Part shown: positions 47,743 to 58,128 of the stretch, piece after piece
Layout of the letters: every line of letters starts with the position of its first letter
Numbering within the stretch: the first letter of the stretch is position 1
Assembly: GCA_016222905.1 (NCBI GenBank)
Contig: JACRPZ010000017.1
Coordinates: forward strand, 4,319 to 68,318
Origin: Nitrospirota bacterium
GTDB lineage: Bacteria; Nitrospirota; Thermodesulfovibrionia; UBA6902
Direction: 5' to 3'
Length of the DNA stretch: 64,000 nt
The notes under the pieces: generated by a model
Seen by the model: the letters and a program-made list of their open reading frames with translations, nothing else
Told to the model about the DNA's origin: nothing
The model's database searches: none
Position numbers and translations under genes: made by a program

Positions 47743-50667
47743 TTATTCATCCAAAACCTCACGCACTTTACTTAGGAGCACTTCGGGTTTGGCCGGTTTT
47801 AATATTAAGTTAACCTCGCTATCTATAATTCCCTTTTTGGCAAGTATGTATGCTGGATAACCGCTTATGAAAATAACTTTTACGCCGGCTGTTATCTTCA
47901 TCAATTCGTTGTGCAAGTCTTTTCCGCTCTGACCCGGCATAATTATGTCAGTAATAACAAGCCGTATGATATCCTTGTTTTCCATGAAAAGCTTTAAAGC
48001 CTGTTGCACATCAACAGCTTCTATCACAGAATACCCAAACTCCTGTAGTAAGGTCTTTGTTGAGTTTCTGACAGCTTCATCATCCTCTACCAAAAGGACT
48101 GTTTCTGTGCCTGAAGAGATGGCTGCTGCTTCCTTCTTTTTCGTTACTTTCTTGCCTGATTTTGCTAAAGGCAGATATATTTTAAAAGCAGAGCCTTCTC
48201 CCGGCTTGCTGTAAACATTGATGAAGCCGTTATGCTGTTTGATAGTCCCGTAGATCATTGACAGGCCAAGGCCGGTCCCCTTTCCGACTTCTTTTGTCGA
48301 GAAGAATGGATCAAAGATATTCTTCTTTGTATTGTCATCCATTCCCATTCCGGTATCCGCGACCGAAAGGAATGCATATTTACCGACCTCTCCCACCTGA
48401 TGCATCTTTATATACTGTTCATCAATTTCGAATTCTCCGGTGGTTACGGTTAACGTCCCTCCGTCCGGCATTGCATCCCGTGCGTTTGATGCAAGGTTCA
48501 TAAGCACCTGCTCGATCTGGTTTACATCTGCATTTATCATCAAATCATGACCAGCCGTATTAACCCGCAAATGAATATCTTCTCCAATAATCCTGTCTAA
48601 TATCTTTGTCATGCCCAATACAATCTCGTTGATGTTTACGTACTGCATTTGTACTGCCTGTTTCCTGCTGAAGGCGAGCAGGCTTTTTGTCAGATTTGCA
48701 GCTTTTTCGGAAGAAATAAGTATCTGTTGAAGATTCCTTCGCAGTGGATCGTCATCTTTCATATTCATCAGCATTAGATGAGCATATCCCATTATTGCAG
48801 AGAGTATATTGTTGAAATCATGCGCTACGCCTCCGGCAAGGTGTCCGATGGCTTCCATCTTCTGCGCCTGCAGCAACTGCGCCTGCAGTTTCTCCTTCTC
48901 CTTCTCGGCCAGCTTGCGCTCGGTGATGTCGTGCATGAATACAAAAAATTTATTAGCTTCCCGCATGTAATTAACACTGGTTTCAAGGTCAAGGATTCTT
49001 CCATCCTTGGATCTGTGACGGGTTTCAAAACGGTCTGAGCCGTTCTTTATTATGAACTGCATATGTTCAGCTATTTTTGCGGGGTTTTCCGACGCTTCAA
49101 TATCTCTCAAGCTCATCTTAAGCAGCTCGGTACGGCTATATCCTATCAGAGAGCAATAGGCATCATTAACCTCCAGGATGTTGCCTTGCTGCGCATCAAT
49201 AATGTAAAAAGAATCCATTGCGGTATCCAGGATGGTTTTGTATTTTACTTCCGCCTGCTTGCGCTCGGTGATGTCCTGAACAATCCCCCTGCGGCGGACA
49301 GGCATTCCCTGATCATTCTTTTCCACGAGGGCATTTACAAATATATGTTTCTCCTCACCGCTGTCCAGAATGATTCTGTACTCTATGTTCCAGGAATCAA
49401 GGGCGTTGTCTACAGATTCTTTAATGAAATCCTTCACGCGCTGCCTGTCGTCGGGATGAATCCTCTTGATAAAATCATCTACCCTGATAGTTATGCTGCG
49501 ATCAGGATTCATACCAAAGATAGCGTATACCTCATCTGACCATGACAGTATATTTGTTGCGAGATCCGTCTCCCAATCCCCCATCTTCCCCTGACGCTGG
49601 GCATCTTTGAGCCGTGCCTCGCTTCTTGTAATAGCTTCCTCTGCCCGCTTACGCGCGGTGATATCCATGATGGATCCCTCCAGGATCCCCTGCGCGCGGT
49701 AGAGCCTTAAAGACGTGAGACATCTTCGCACCTCCCCCTGCTTGGTCAGCATTCCACACTCGAATTCCGTTAAGTAATCTTCGGCTTCGAGCCGGCGTAA
49801 CATTTCTTCTCGCTCACGCGGATCTGCCCAATGGATCACCGAAGCCGAACCATGCATCTCCTCACGCGTGCGACCGAAAATCGTGAGGAACCTTTCGTTC
49901 ATGTTCAAGATCTCTGAACCATCGAGCCGCGTTCTGAACATTCCTACTTCAGCATTGTTGAAGAGGTTGCGGAATTTTTCTTCGCTCTCCCGCAGATCCT
50001 CTTCCACCCGCGTGCGCTCGGAGATCTCCAGAAGCAGGTTTTCGTTAATGTCTCTCAATTCACTTGTGCGTTCCCGTACTTTTATCTCCAGATCATTTTT
50101 AGCTCTCTGAAGCAGTTCTTCGGCGTGCCTGCGCTCGGTGATTTCCCTTTCAAGCGGCCGTAAGGCCATTCTCCGAATTGAAATCCATAAAACAAATCCC
50201 ATAATTATTGTGACAAGAAGCGACCCAGCGATCAGTTGCAACAGCAGATTACGGAGATTTTTTTCTTCCGGCTCAAAATCTCTTACCACTTTCAAGTCAA
50301 GCAGATCTCTGTCTCCATATCGGATCTGCTTTTCCTGAGGAAAGGTATGCGCTGACGGCTTTGCACGCTTGTACTGAACAAGTACAAAATTGTTGGGAGT
50401 TACGGCATTAATTTCTATAATGTTATCATTTTCTTTAGCTGACATAACAAGAAAATTCTCAACGTTTGCATATTCATGCTTAAGAAGAGATTCCGTGATG
50501 AATATCCCTGTCATATCCAATTCCGACTGCCAATGTTTTTTCAATCCGCTTAACATCTGTCTGCGGTAAGTGGAGACAATTGACACGTCAGCAACTATCA
50601 GGAAAAACAGCAATATTGCCATGAAGGCGACAAGAGATCGTTTACGTTTCAAAAGGGTTGGACTCAT
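47743..50667 (-). CDS. Hybrid sensor histidine kinase with multiple PAS domains and a C-terminal receiver domain
   Basis: 974 aa. Two N-terminal TM helices flank a periplasmic region. HAMP-like linker and coiled coils. At least three PAS domains. H-box [10 protein letters not shown]. HATPase DTGMGMD...GTGLGL. Receiver [10 protein letters not shown]...ITDIIMPG. Confidence 0.9.
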   Translation of the reverse strand: MSPTLLKRKRSLVAFMAILLFFLIVADVSIVSTYRRQMLSGLKKHWQSELDMTGIFITESLLKHEYANVENFLVMSAKENDNIIEINAVTPNNFVLVQYKRAKPSAHTFPQEKQIRYGDRDLLDLKVVRDFEPEEKNLRNLLLQLIAGSLLVTIIMGFVLWISIRRMALRPLEREITERRHAEELLQRAKNDLEIKVRERTSELRDINENLLLEISERTRVEEDLRESEEKFRNLFNNAEVGMFRTRLDGSEILNMNERFLTIFGRTREEMHGSASVIHWADPREREEMLRRLEAEDYLTEFECGMLTKQGEVRRCLTSLRLYRAQGILEGSIMDITARKRAEEAITRSEARLKDAQRQGKMGDWETDLATNILSWSDEVYAIFGMNPDRSITIRVDDFIKRIHPDDRQRVKDFIKESVDNALDSWNIEYRIILDSGEEKHIFVNALVEKNDQGMPVRRRGIVQDITERKQAEVKYKTILDTAMDSFYIIDAQQGNILEVNDAYCSLIGYSRTELLKMSLRDIEASENPAKIAEHMQFIIKNGSDRFETRHRSKDGRILDLETSVNYMREANKFFVFMHDITERKLAEKEKEKLQAQLLQAQKMEAIGHLAGGVAHDFNNILSAIMGYAHLMLMNMKDDDPLRRNLQQILISSEKAANLTKSLLAFSRKQAVQMQYVNINEIVLGMTKILDRIIGEDIHLRVNTAGHDLMINADVNQIEQVLMNLASNARDAMPDGGTLTVTTGEFEIDEQYIKMHQVGEVGKYAFLSVADTGMGMDDNTKKNIFDPFFSTKEVGKGTGLGLSMIYGTIKQHNGFINVYSKPGEGSAFKIYLPLAKSGKKVTKKKEAAAISSGTETVLLVEDDEAVRNSTKTLLQEFGYSVIEAVDVQQALKLFMENKDIIRLVITDIIMPGQSGKDLHNELMKITAGVKVIFISGYPAYILAKKGIIDSEVNLILKPAKPEVLLSKVREVLDE

Positions 50668-50669
50668 CG

Positions 50670-51557
50670 TTATTTAACACCCTCTTTTTCAAGCCCCTGA
50701 AGGATAATGCGGAGGCTGTCGTAATCCTTATCAACTGCGGGAACCATTCCGGTCAGATTGTCTCTGAGAGCAGATAAAATTTTTCTGCCTTTTTTATCGT
50801 CCTTCAGATGATACAAGGCTTCTTGTAATGTCCGCACCTTTTCAGTCGGGAGCGAATTGCATGTAACAAACACATGCTCGGATATCTCAGGGGTACTCGC
50901 AAGTTCTTTGAGCCCGCGTTTCTTGTATTCATAGAAGACATCTTCTTTAACAGCCCCTGCGTCATAATTCCCCATAAGCACTCCAAGTGCAATACTGTTG
51001 TGATTTGTGAGAAATGCATGGCTCGCAAGATCTTCAACCCTTACCCCTGCTTCTAACAGTACAAACCTTGGAATCAGATGACCCATTGTTGATTCAGAGT
51101 CTGCAAACGCAAAACTCTTTCCCTTCAAGTCTTCCAGAGAATGCAGCGGGCTTTCTTTCTTAACAATGATAATTCCCCTGAAAGTGGGTTTACAGCTGAT
51201 CTCAAGACGTGCCAGAATAGGCTTCTTGCCGTATAGTGAGACCATCTTTACATAGCTTGCCGGCCCCATAAAAGCGATATCTAATTTGTCTTTTCCGATT
51301 TTGTCTATATGGTCCTTATAATCTTTTGCGATCTCGAGTTTAACGGGCTGTCCTGTTTTCTCGCTCAGATACCTGGCGAGAAGAGTAAAACGATCAATAA
51401 GTTCGGTAGCAGGCAGGTAGGGATGAATGCCGAGAATTAAAGACTCCTGTGCATTAGAAATCCCGGGCCGGCAAAGTAATGAAGTGAGTAACGAGAAGAT
51501 GAATACAAAAAACTTGAATTTGCTGAAAGATAAACTTGTATTTGCTTTAAGCCGCAT
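50670..51557 (-). CDS. PhnD/SsuA-like periplasmic substrate-binding protein (phosphonate ABC-type fold)
   Basis: 295 aa with a signal peptide. LGIHPYLPATEL and KLDIAFMGPASYV are typical. 2 bp downstream of the kinase gene, so probably a co-sensing partner. Confidence 0.7.
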   Translation of the reverse strand: MRLKANTSLSFSKFKFFVFIFSLLTSLLCRPGISNAQESLILGIHPYLPATELIDRFTLLARYLSEKTGQPVKLEIAKDYKDHIDKIGKDKLDIAFMGPASYVKMVSLYGKKPILARLEISCKPTFRGIIIVKKESPLHSLEDLKGKSFAFADSESTMGHLIPRFVLLEAGVRVEDLASHAFLTNHNSIALGVLMGNYDAGAVKEDVFYEYKKRGLKELASTPEISEHVFVTCNSLPTEKVRTLQEALYHLKDDKKGRKILSALRDNLTGMVPAVDKDYDSLRIILQGLEKEGVK

Positions 51558-51731
51558 AAAAAACCTTAACTTTCCGTTGCAGCTAATAAAACATTGAGAA
51601 GCATAGTATGCTGATACATATTATACAATTTAATATTCCAAATAAATCATATTCGTTATCCCTTTGTCTGTTGCTGTAAACTCACAATTCTTTAACTTGT
51701 CGTGATACCGGTAGAGTATCATGAATTAACT

Positions 51732-52376
51732 TTATTTCATTCTCCCAACAGGCATTATATAAAGCGGCTGTTTCCTGTCAGACATCTTTAATGTTTTTTT
51801 AACCTCGTCATCATTAAAAGCTCCGATAACGACTGTTCCGAGATTCATTTGAACAGCTTGCAGAAAAACATTCTGGGCTGCGTGACCGATCTCCATATGC
51901 ACATATCGTATGCCTCTATCACCATACTTTATGGTTGTTCGTTCATAAACAGCGGATAATACTATAACTGCCCCGGCATTCCTGACAGAGGGCTGGCCGA
52001 GTGCAGCAGCGCTCAATTCGATTCTTTTGTCGCCCTTAATGACGCTAACTAATTCATGGTTGGCAGGCCTGTAATGATAAACTCCATCAGGAAGGGCATC
52101 TACATTTCCTGCAACAATGTAAATTTCAAGAGGATAGAGAGCGCCTGCAGAAGGCGCTGTCCTATGCCCATTTGAACTTGTAATACCCTGTGCAGCCCAG
52201 AGAAGCTGTGAAACTTCTGAAAGTGTCAGAGGGCTGTCTTTAAAACTCCTGACAGCCCTTCTTTTAAGTAATGCTTCTTCAATCGATATATCACTATCGT
52301 ATTTAGGTTCAGGAAGTTTGATCGTTTCAGACTTATTTTCCGGCATAATATCAGTCATTTCCCCCGCCTGCTCCAC
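51732..52376 (-). CDS. Nitroreductase-family protein (SagB/ThcOx-like)
   Basis: IEEALLKRRAVRSF and HMEIGHAAQNVFLQA. Confidence 0.7.
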   Translation of the reverse strand: MEQAGEMTDIMPENKSETIKLPEPKYDSDISIEEALLKRRAVRSFKDSPLTLSEVSQLLWAAQGITSSNGHRTAPSAGALYPLEIYIVAGNVDALPDGVYHYRPANHELVSVIKGDKRIELSAAALGQPSVRNAGAVIVLSAVYERTTIKYGDRGIRYVHMEIGHAAQNVFLQAVQMNLGTVVIGAFNDDEVKKTLKMSDRKQPLYIMPVGRMK

Positions 52377-52498
52377 CTCTGGTTCAGAGCAATCAACACG
52401 TAGTAATATCCCGATATTTAAAATCTACACCCTTTGAAAGGGCTTGTCAATCATCTGTTTATTGCATCAACATGCCGTTCATCTTATAATTTTAGTAT

Positions 52499-52852
52499 AT
52501 GGCTATCCGGTGTTCATATTGCGGCAGGGAGTACGATGTCACCCTATTTGAATTTGACATGTCTATTACGTGTGTCTGCGGAAAGACAGTTAAGTTTAAA
52601 CATGAGCAAATGACAGACGAGGCGCTTCTTGCGCTGAGCTTGGAAGATATGAAAGTCAGAGAGATAACTATCATGGCCTACCGGATCGCTTCTCTGATCG
52701 TAGGAAGTGACTATCCGTTGATAGATATCGAGATAGAAAAAGAGAAACTCAGAGAGAGGATATTGGAACTCTTCCCGGATAAGATCGATCTGTTTGATCT
52801 GATCTACGAACCGAGATTCAGGAGGCTGACAGAGCAGTTCAGAGAGTGGTAA
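52499..52852 (+). CDS. Hypothetical zinc-ribbon protein
   Basis: N-terminal CSYCG...CVCG pairs. 117 aa. Confidence 0.35.
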   Translation: MAIRCSYCGREYDVTLFEFDMSITCVCGKTVKFKHEQMTDEALLALSLEDMKVREITIMAYRIASLIVGSDYPLIDIEIEKEKLRERILELFPDKIDLFDLIYEPRFRRLTEQFREW

Positions 52853-52890
52853 TGAACTTTTAGAATCATCACGCTACGGTAAAGATTGAA

Positions 52891-53556
52891 TTAATTGCAA
52901 TTGTCTTTGCAACCGCACTTAAAATTATTTCGGGCTTTTTGAAATGATTCACGACCCTCTTTAAATGAAAACCATGCAATCAGAATCGCCCCTGCTGAAT
53001 CAAGCCAGCCTATTCCTGTAAGTTCATAACCCGCGCTCGCCAAAAGCAGAACCAGAGAAAGCTGGATGCAGACCTTTGTGCAGGCGGCATCAGCCAGTAT
53101 CGCCTGCGAGTTAAGCTGTTTTCCAACTTTAGTCTTGTAATGGATCAAAACCCACATGGTGAGAATTGAGATAACTGATATTATGATGCCCCACAAGGCA
53201 GTTTCAGGCTTATGCCCCTGATAGAAATTTACTATGGCTGTAATCACCAATCCAGTGGTAAGAATATAGAATGCAGTCCCTGTGATCCTGAGCGCGTCTT
53301 TCTCAAATCTGTCTAATTTTTCATCTCCGCTTTGTCTTAATCTCCTTACCATATGCCATATGCCGACGCCGGAGATCACTTCCACAAAGGAATCAACCCC
53401 AAAACCAAAAAGGGCTATCGTTCCATCCTCCAGGCCAAAGAGAACAGATACAATGCCTTCGAGCAGGTTGTAAAAGATCGTGATAAGGGCAAGGATATTG
53501 GCCCATTTGTAAAGATCAGCCTTCTTCTGATTCAGTTCAATAGATAGAGGTATCAT
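52891..53556 (-). CDS. Cation-efflux-family-like membrane protein, paralog of 27450..28115
   Basis: Aligns along its full length with 27450..28115. C-terminal CGCKDNC. Confidence 0.55.
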   Translation of the reverse strand: MIPLSIELNQKKADLYKWANILALITIFYNLLEGIVSVLFGLEDGTIALFGFGVDSFVEVISGVGIWHMVRRLRQSGDEKLDRFEKDALRITGTAFYILTTGLVITAIVNFYQGHKPETALWGIIISVISILTMWVLIHYKTKVGKQLNSQAILADAACTKVCIQLSLVLLLASAGYELTGIGWLDSAGAILIAWFSFKEGRESFQKARNNFKCGCKDNCN

Positions 53557-53564
53557 TTTTTATT

Positions 53565-53717
53565 CTAACAATCTTTCTTGTTTGATTTCTTCGTCATATC
53601 GCATGTCTCTGAATCGCATCCCTGACAATGCCCCTTCTTCTTCCAGAGAGAGCGGTATAAAAGATATACGGCTCCCCCGATAATTACAGTCATTAACGTT
53701 ATATCTACAAAGCTCAT
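53565..53717 (-). CDS. FeoB-associated Cys-rich small membrane protein (50 aa)
   Basis: MSFVDITLMTVIIGGAVYLLYRSLWKKKGHCQGCDSETCDMTKKSNKKDC. AAAGGAGG RBS. Downstream of feoB. Not in the ORF track. Confidence 0.55.
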   Translation of the reverse strand: MSFVDITLMTVIIGGAVYLLYRSLWKKKGHCQGCDSETCDMTKKSNKKDC

Positions 53718-53740
53718 ATTAACCTCCTTTATATTTACCC

Positions 53741-53822
53741 CTCACCCTGGCCCTCTTCCGCAAGGGGCGAGGGAACTTTTTATCTCCCCTCCCTTGATGG
53801 GAGGGGATGAAGGGGAGGGTGA
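53741..53822. repeat. GC-rich hairpin repeat element (cccctccc-ttgat-gggagggg plus flanking Gs)
   Basis: Same family as 43648 and 59415. In the feoB 3' intergenic region. Confidence 0.55.
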
Positions 53823-53831
53823 AAAATTTTT

Positions 53832-56075
53832 CTATCCTAATCCTAACAACTTCCCTCCCTGATAAATCACAAATGCCACAACCCATGCCAGAACCATCTG
53901 ATACGCAAAGGCTATACCGAACCACTTCCATGTGCCGAACTCCTGCTTCATTGCTATGGCAACGACAACGCACGGCATATAGAGAAGGACAAAGACAATG
54001 AAGGCATAGGCGCTCAAGGGTGTGAACTGGCCTTTAAGGATACCGCGCAAAGGCGTTCTTTCCTCGGTTTCTTCAGTAGATTCCTCACTGCTCATACTCG
54101 CTACCCCGAAAGTGGAAATTACATTTTCAGCAGCATCTTTGGCAGCGGTTGCAAAGGAAGTTCCCATCTCCTTCAGGTCATCCGTCAAAGTCGGAACTTC
54201 TGTCTGGTCCGTATCATCTGTACTCTGAACATATATCTCGCCCATTGTCCCGACAACTATTTCTTTTGCGATCAAGCCCGAGACAAGCGACGAGGCCGCC
54301 TCCCAATTTCCGAATCCGAGGGGTTCGAGCGCCGGAGCGAACACCTGTCCCACTTGCCCGAGATATGAATCTTTTTTATGCTCAACGCCCCACGGAAGAT
54401 TTAAAAGAAACCACACGAGTATTGAGACCGCAAAAATATAGGTACCTGCCTTGATAAGGAAATGTTTTCCTTTTTCCCATGTATGTATCATGAGGCTCTT
54501 GAAGGAAGGCATCCTGTAAGGCGGGAGCTCCATGATGAACATCGGCGATTCGCCTTTAAATAGCGTCTTTTTGAATATAATCCCCATAAGCACTGCAAGT
54601 GCAATTCCCATCACATACAATGACCAGAGCACAGTCCCGGCATTTGCGGCAAAAAATGCGCCTATGAAGACCACATATACTGGAAGCCGTGCCCCGCATG
54701 ACATAAGAGGGATAAGAAGAGCGGTGAGCGCTTTATCCCTCGGATTCTCCAGCGTCCTTGTCGCATAGACCGCAGGCACATTGCAACCAAATCCAAGCAG
54801 CATCGGTATGAAAGATTTACCATGTAACCCCATGCTGTGCATTGCCCTGTCCATAACAAAGGCGGCACGAGCCATATATCCGCTGCCTTCAAGGAATGTG
54901 ATGAAAAACATCATGGCGAAGATGACAGGTACAAAGACCAGCACAAAACCAACGCCGGCAATAACGCCGTCCGTTGCCAGTGATGTCGTCCATTCAGGGG
55001 CTTGAATAAGTCCGAGTATCGCCTCTGCCCATCTCTTGAATGGCCCTGTTATCATGGCATCCATCCAATCGGCAAAGGGCGTAGATACATCAAAGGTAAG
55101 CTTGAACATAATCCACATGGCAGCAAGAAATATGGGAATGCCGAGGAATCTGTTCAGGACGAACTTATCTATCTTTTCGGTCATCTCCATTTTTTTGAAT
55201 TCAGGCTTTTTCAAGACCTCATGTGTAAGTCCTGATGCCAATGCATATCTTTCGTCAGCCATGATGGATTCAACGTCATCGCCGTGAGCCTTTATGAGAT
55301 GTTTTGTCGCTTCCTCTATAAAAGATATATTGTCTCCAATTTTAATCTCATCCATCACATAGCTGTCTCTTTCCATAAGTTTGAAGACAAGCCATCTCAA
55401 TGGATTCTTTTCCAAAAGCTGCGGGTAGCTGTTTTTTATCTGCCTCTCCACTGCTGAGGCGGCAGATTCAATATCGCTGCCGTAATTGAGTTTCTTCGGA
55501 TGATGTACGGATGTATTACTTGTGACCGCTTTCAGGAGATCGTTTAACCCTGTCTTTTTAGTGGCCACTGTGGGAATGACCTCTATCCCGAGTATATCTT
55601 CCATAGTCTTTATGTCAATTTTATAACCCTTGCTTACAGCCTCGTCATGGATATTTAAAGCCATTACAACAGGGATGCCGAGTTCCAATAACTGCACTGT
55701 CAGATACAGATTCCTCTCAAGGTTTGTTGCATCAACTACATTAATAATCGCATCAGGCTTTTCGTGAACAAGATAATCCCTCGCAATTATTTCCTCCTGA
55801 GTGTAAGGGCTGAGACTGTAGGTGCCGGGCAGGTCCACGATCCTGATCTGCCTGCCTTCATGTTCAAACATTGCAGATTTTTTCTCAACCGTCACACCCG
55901 GCCAATTGCCTACGTGAAGCCTCGTGCCTGCAATGGCATTGATGAGAGTTGATTTGCCGGAATTAGGATTACCGGCAACCGCAATGGTGACCCCCCTTTT
56001 ATCCCCCCTTAAATTAAGGGGGGACTGAGGGGGGTTATTCAACTCTGAACTCTGAACTCCTGATTCTGAACTCAT
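53832..56075 (-). CDS. feoB: Ferrous iron transporter FeoB
   Basis: G-protein motifs VAGNPNSGKSTL and DLPGTYSL. C-terminal gate and membrane domain. The first 28 aa of the track ORF are encoded by a hairpin repeat, so the true start is probably the GTG at about 55989 (RBS AAAGGGGGG). Confidence 0.9.
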   Translation of the reverse strand: MSSESGVQSSELNNPPQSPLNLRGDKRGVTIAVAGNPNSGKSTLINAIAGTRLHVGNWPGVTVEKKSAMFEHEGRQIRIVDLPGTYSLSPYTQEEIIARDYLVHEKPDAIINVVDATNLERNLYLTVQLLELGIPVVMALNIHDEAVSKGYKIDIKTMEDILGIEVIPTVATKKTGLNDLLKAVTSNTSVHHPKKLNYGSDIESAASAVERQIKNSYPQLLEKNPLRWLVFKLMERDSYVMDEIKIGDNISFIEEATKHLIKAHGDDVESIMADERYALASGLTHEVLKKPEFKKMEMTEKIDKFVLNRFLGIPIFLAAMWIMFKLTFDVSTPFADWMDAMITGPFKRWAEAILGLIQAPEWTTSLATDGVIAGVGFVLVFVPVIFAMMFFITFLEGSGYMARAAFVMDRAMHSMGLHGKSFIPMLLGFGCNVPAVYATRTLENPRDKALTALLIPLMSCGARLPVYVVFIGAFFAANAGTVLWSLYVMGIALAVLMGIIFKKTLFKGESPMFIMELPPYRMPSFKSLMIHTWEKGKHFLIKAGTYIFAVSILVWFLLNLPWGVEHKKDSYLGQVGQVFAPALEPLGFGNWEAASSLVSGLIAKEIVVGTMGEIYVQSTDDTDQTEVPTLTDDLKEMGTSFATAAKDAAENVISTFGVASMSSEESTEETEERTPLRGILKGQFTPLSAYAFIVFVLLYMPCVVVAIAMKQEFGTWKWFGIAFAYQMVLAWVVAFVIYQGGKLLGLG
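55991..56036. repeat. GC-rich palindromic element cccccctt-aaatt-aagggggg
   Basis: Perfect palindrome read directly from the sequence, at the feoA/feoB junction. Confidence 0.5.
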
Positions 56076-56299
56076 TTTATTACCTCCACCAATATCCCCT
56101 CCGCCTCTTTTTTCCTGAGCGAAAGGCTATAGCTTTTAATCGTGACCTCCATCGGATCTCCGAGTGGCGCGATCTTTTCCACCTTTACCTTCTCACCCAC
56201 AAGCACCCCCATATCCATAAGCCTTCTTTTAATAGGGCCAATTGCGCCCATCTTTGTAATTCTTCCGTATTCACCGGGTTTCAGCATAGCCAAATTCAT
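56072..56299 (-). CDS. feoA: FeoA
   Basis: 75 aa. LKPGEYGRITKM...RRLMDMGVLVGEKVKV is an SH3-like FeoA. Confidence 0.8.
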   Translation of the reverse strand: MNLAMLKPGEYGRITKMGAIGPIKRRLMDMGVLVGEKVKVEKIAPLGDPMEVTIKSYSLSLRKKEAEGILVEVIK

Positions 56300-56333
56300 T
56301 GTATTTCTCCTTTCAACTCTTAACTCTAAACTC

Positions 56334-56612
56334 TTAACTTTTTTTCACCATTATCTTCATCGCCATGCCCCTTGCCATGGCGATCCGCGATTCGTCAATC
56401 TTTAAAAGAATGGGCCCCCCGCCTTTATTGTTGAGCATCTCCACAGTTTTTCCGATACGAAGCCCCATGTCCTCAACATGGCAGTCATGACTCTTCCCGG
56501 TCCCGTGACAACTTCCTTTTTGTGCCATTATCTCCACGATCTCTGCTTTTTCGCCTGTTGATAAAAGTCCAAGTGGTGACATGTTTTTAGTCCCTCCTTT
56601 TAGCGCTTTCAT
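56334..56612 (-). CDS. FeoA-like protein with a Cys/His-containing insertion
   Basis: LSTGEKAEIVEI...GLRIGKTVEML...GPILLKIDESRIAMARGMA is the FeoA fold. Insert HGTGKSHDCHVED. Probable start MSPLG. Confidence 0.55.
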   Translation of the reverse strand: MKALKGGTKNMSPLGLLSTGEKAEIVEIMAQKGSCHGTGKSHDCHVEDMGLRIGKTVEMLNNKGGGPILLKIDESRIAMARGMAMKIMVKKS

Positions 56613-57394
56613 TAAAATCTCAATGCCATCCCCGCAAGGAAAGTCAAATCCGTTTCCGGTTTATTGAGTCCGGCTTTGATCCCCGCGTCGATATCAAAGT
56701 TTTCTGTGATCGAATAAATCAACCCTCCCAGTACGAATGCAGGGTGCGTGTTTGATTCCTTGTCGGGATTTCTCTCAATACCGATATTCGCAACGGCGGT
56801 TAAGTCTTTAATAACTTCTACCTGCGTTGCAAGGGAGGCATGCCAAATGTTCATTCTGTTTGCTTCCTTATCTTCCTCAAGCTTGTATTCATTGTGCATA
56901 TAACCTAAATTCAGATGGAAGGCCCATGCTGCGATTTCTTCCGTTGTTATGAACGTGAGTCCATAAGACGTCTTGCCGTTTCCAAGACCCTTTCCTTCAT
57001 CACCTGTGGGGAGGGTTATTCCCGGTTTCAGCGCAAAGCCTAAACCGCCTTTCTCGAAAAATCTCCATTTAATCTCAACTGACATATCACCGATTCCGTC
57101 TTCATCAGAAATAACTACTCCCTCTTCCTTTGTCTTTGTCCATTGATATGGGACGCCCAGCACAATGTCTGCATTATCAATGAATCCGTAAGAGAGTATT
57201 GCGGCTATTTCGCCTCCTGTCTCCTTGACAGTTATTCCATTCACAGCTTCTTTTTCACGGCTGAATTCGCTGTTGACCTCGAGCGCGAATTTCCCTTTAC
57301 CCTGAGTCCCGCTATCATCCGTAATAAGCGGGTGGGCGGCAAAAGCGGTTGATGAAGCAAACAGAATAAAAATCACAGTTAAAATCTTAAGCAT
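56612..57394 (-). CDS. Outer-membrane beta-barrel channel (MetA-pathway/phenol-degradation-like transporter family)
   Basis: Signal peptide. Alternating amphipathic strands. C-terminal MALRF. 260 aa. Confidence 0.6.
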   Translation of the reverse strand: MLKILTVIFILFASSTAFAAHPLITDDSGTQGKGKFALEVNSEFSREKEAVNGITVKETGGEIAAILSYGFIDNADIVLGVPYQWTKTKEEGVVISDEDGIGDMSVEIKWRFFEKGGLGFALKPGITLPTGDEGKGLGNGKTSYGLTFITTEEIAAWAFHLNLGYMHNEYKLEEDKEANRMNIWHASLATQVEVIKDLTAVANIGIERNPDKESNTHPAFVLGGLIYSITENFDIDAGIKAGLNKPETDLTFLAGMALRF

Positions 57395-57423
57395 TTTTTC
57401 TCCTCCTTATGGTTCTATATTTT

Positions 57424-57442
57424 GATTATGATAATCATTATC
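57424..57442. promoter_or_regulatory. Fur box (gattatgataatcattatc, 18/19 to consensus) upstream of the outer-membrane channel/feoAAB operon
   Basis: Direct match to GATAATGATAATCATTATC. Confidence 0.75.
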
Positions 57443-57461
57443 ATTAATGTGTTAAAAAAAT

Positions 57462-57896
57462 TTACTTCTTACATTTACTGCATACGCCGTACATCAGCAA
57501 CTTATGCCCCTGAAGCGAGAAATTCACCTTTTTGGCAAGCCGTTCCTGCAACTTCTCTATCTCGGGATCCACCGCCTCGATAAAATTCCCGCACTTTACG
57601 CATACCAGATGGTCATGGTGTTCATGCCCGTAAAAATGTTCATACCTCACGGCGCGGTCCCCGAATCTGAGCTCGCTGCTGAGCCCGCATTCGCAGAGCA
57701 GTTTCAAAGTTCTGTATACCGTTGCAATGCCTGTTGAAGAGTTCTTTTTTTTCACCAATGAATGCAGCTCATCGGCAGTGAGATGCTTTTCGGTTTTCAG
57801 AAAGGTGAGAAGTATATCATCCCTCTGCTTGCTCTGTTTCAGCCCCTTTTCTTTTACAAAGCTGTTAAATATTTTCTGTTCTTCTTCGAATGCCAT
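57462..57896 (-). CDS. fur: Ferric uptake regulator
   Basis: 144 aa. HHDHLVCVKCGNFIE and CSKCK. Confidence 0.9.
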   Translation of the reverse strand: MAFEEEQKIFNSFVKEKGLKQSKQRDDILLTFLKTEKHLTADELHSLVKKKNSSTGIATVYRTLKLLCECGLSSELRFGDRAVRYEHFYGHEHHDHLVCVKCGNFIEAVDPEIEKLQERLAKKVNFSLQGHKLLMYGVCSKCKK

Positions 57897-57912
57897 CGTC
57901 CAGACCTTTGTT

Positions 57913-57931
57913 GAATTTGATAATCATTATC
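57913..57931. promoter_or_regulatory. Fur box (gaatttgataatcattatc, 16/19) upstream of fur (autoregulation)
   Basis: The core tgataatcattatcat is identical to the box at 57424. Confidence 0.7.
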
Positions 57932-58128
57932 ATAATTAAATCGTCACAACAATGTCAAGTGGCTATTTGATGATTACAGTTTCGGATGGATAGTGTCAGG
58001 AAGACCGGCGAGGCGGTAGAACTCTTCAATAACCAGCCGAAGGACAAGATCGTTATCGGTGCTTTTCATCTTACGTGTTAAGGATTCTGCAAGAAACAAG
58101 ACCCCGCTTACCATTTCTTCCATATAGA

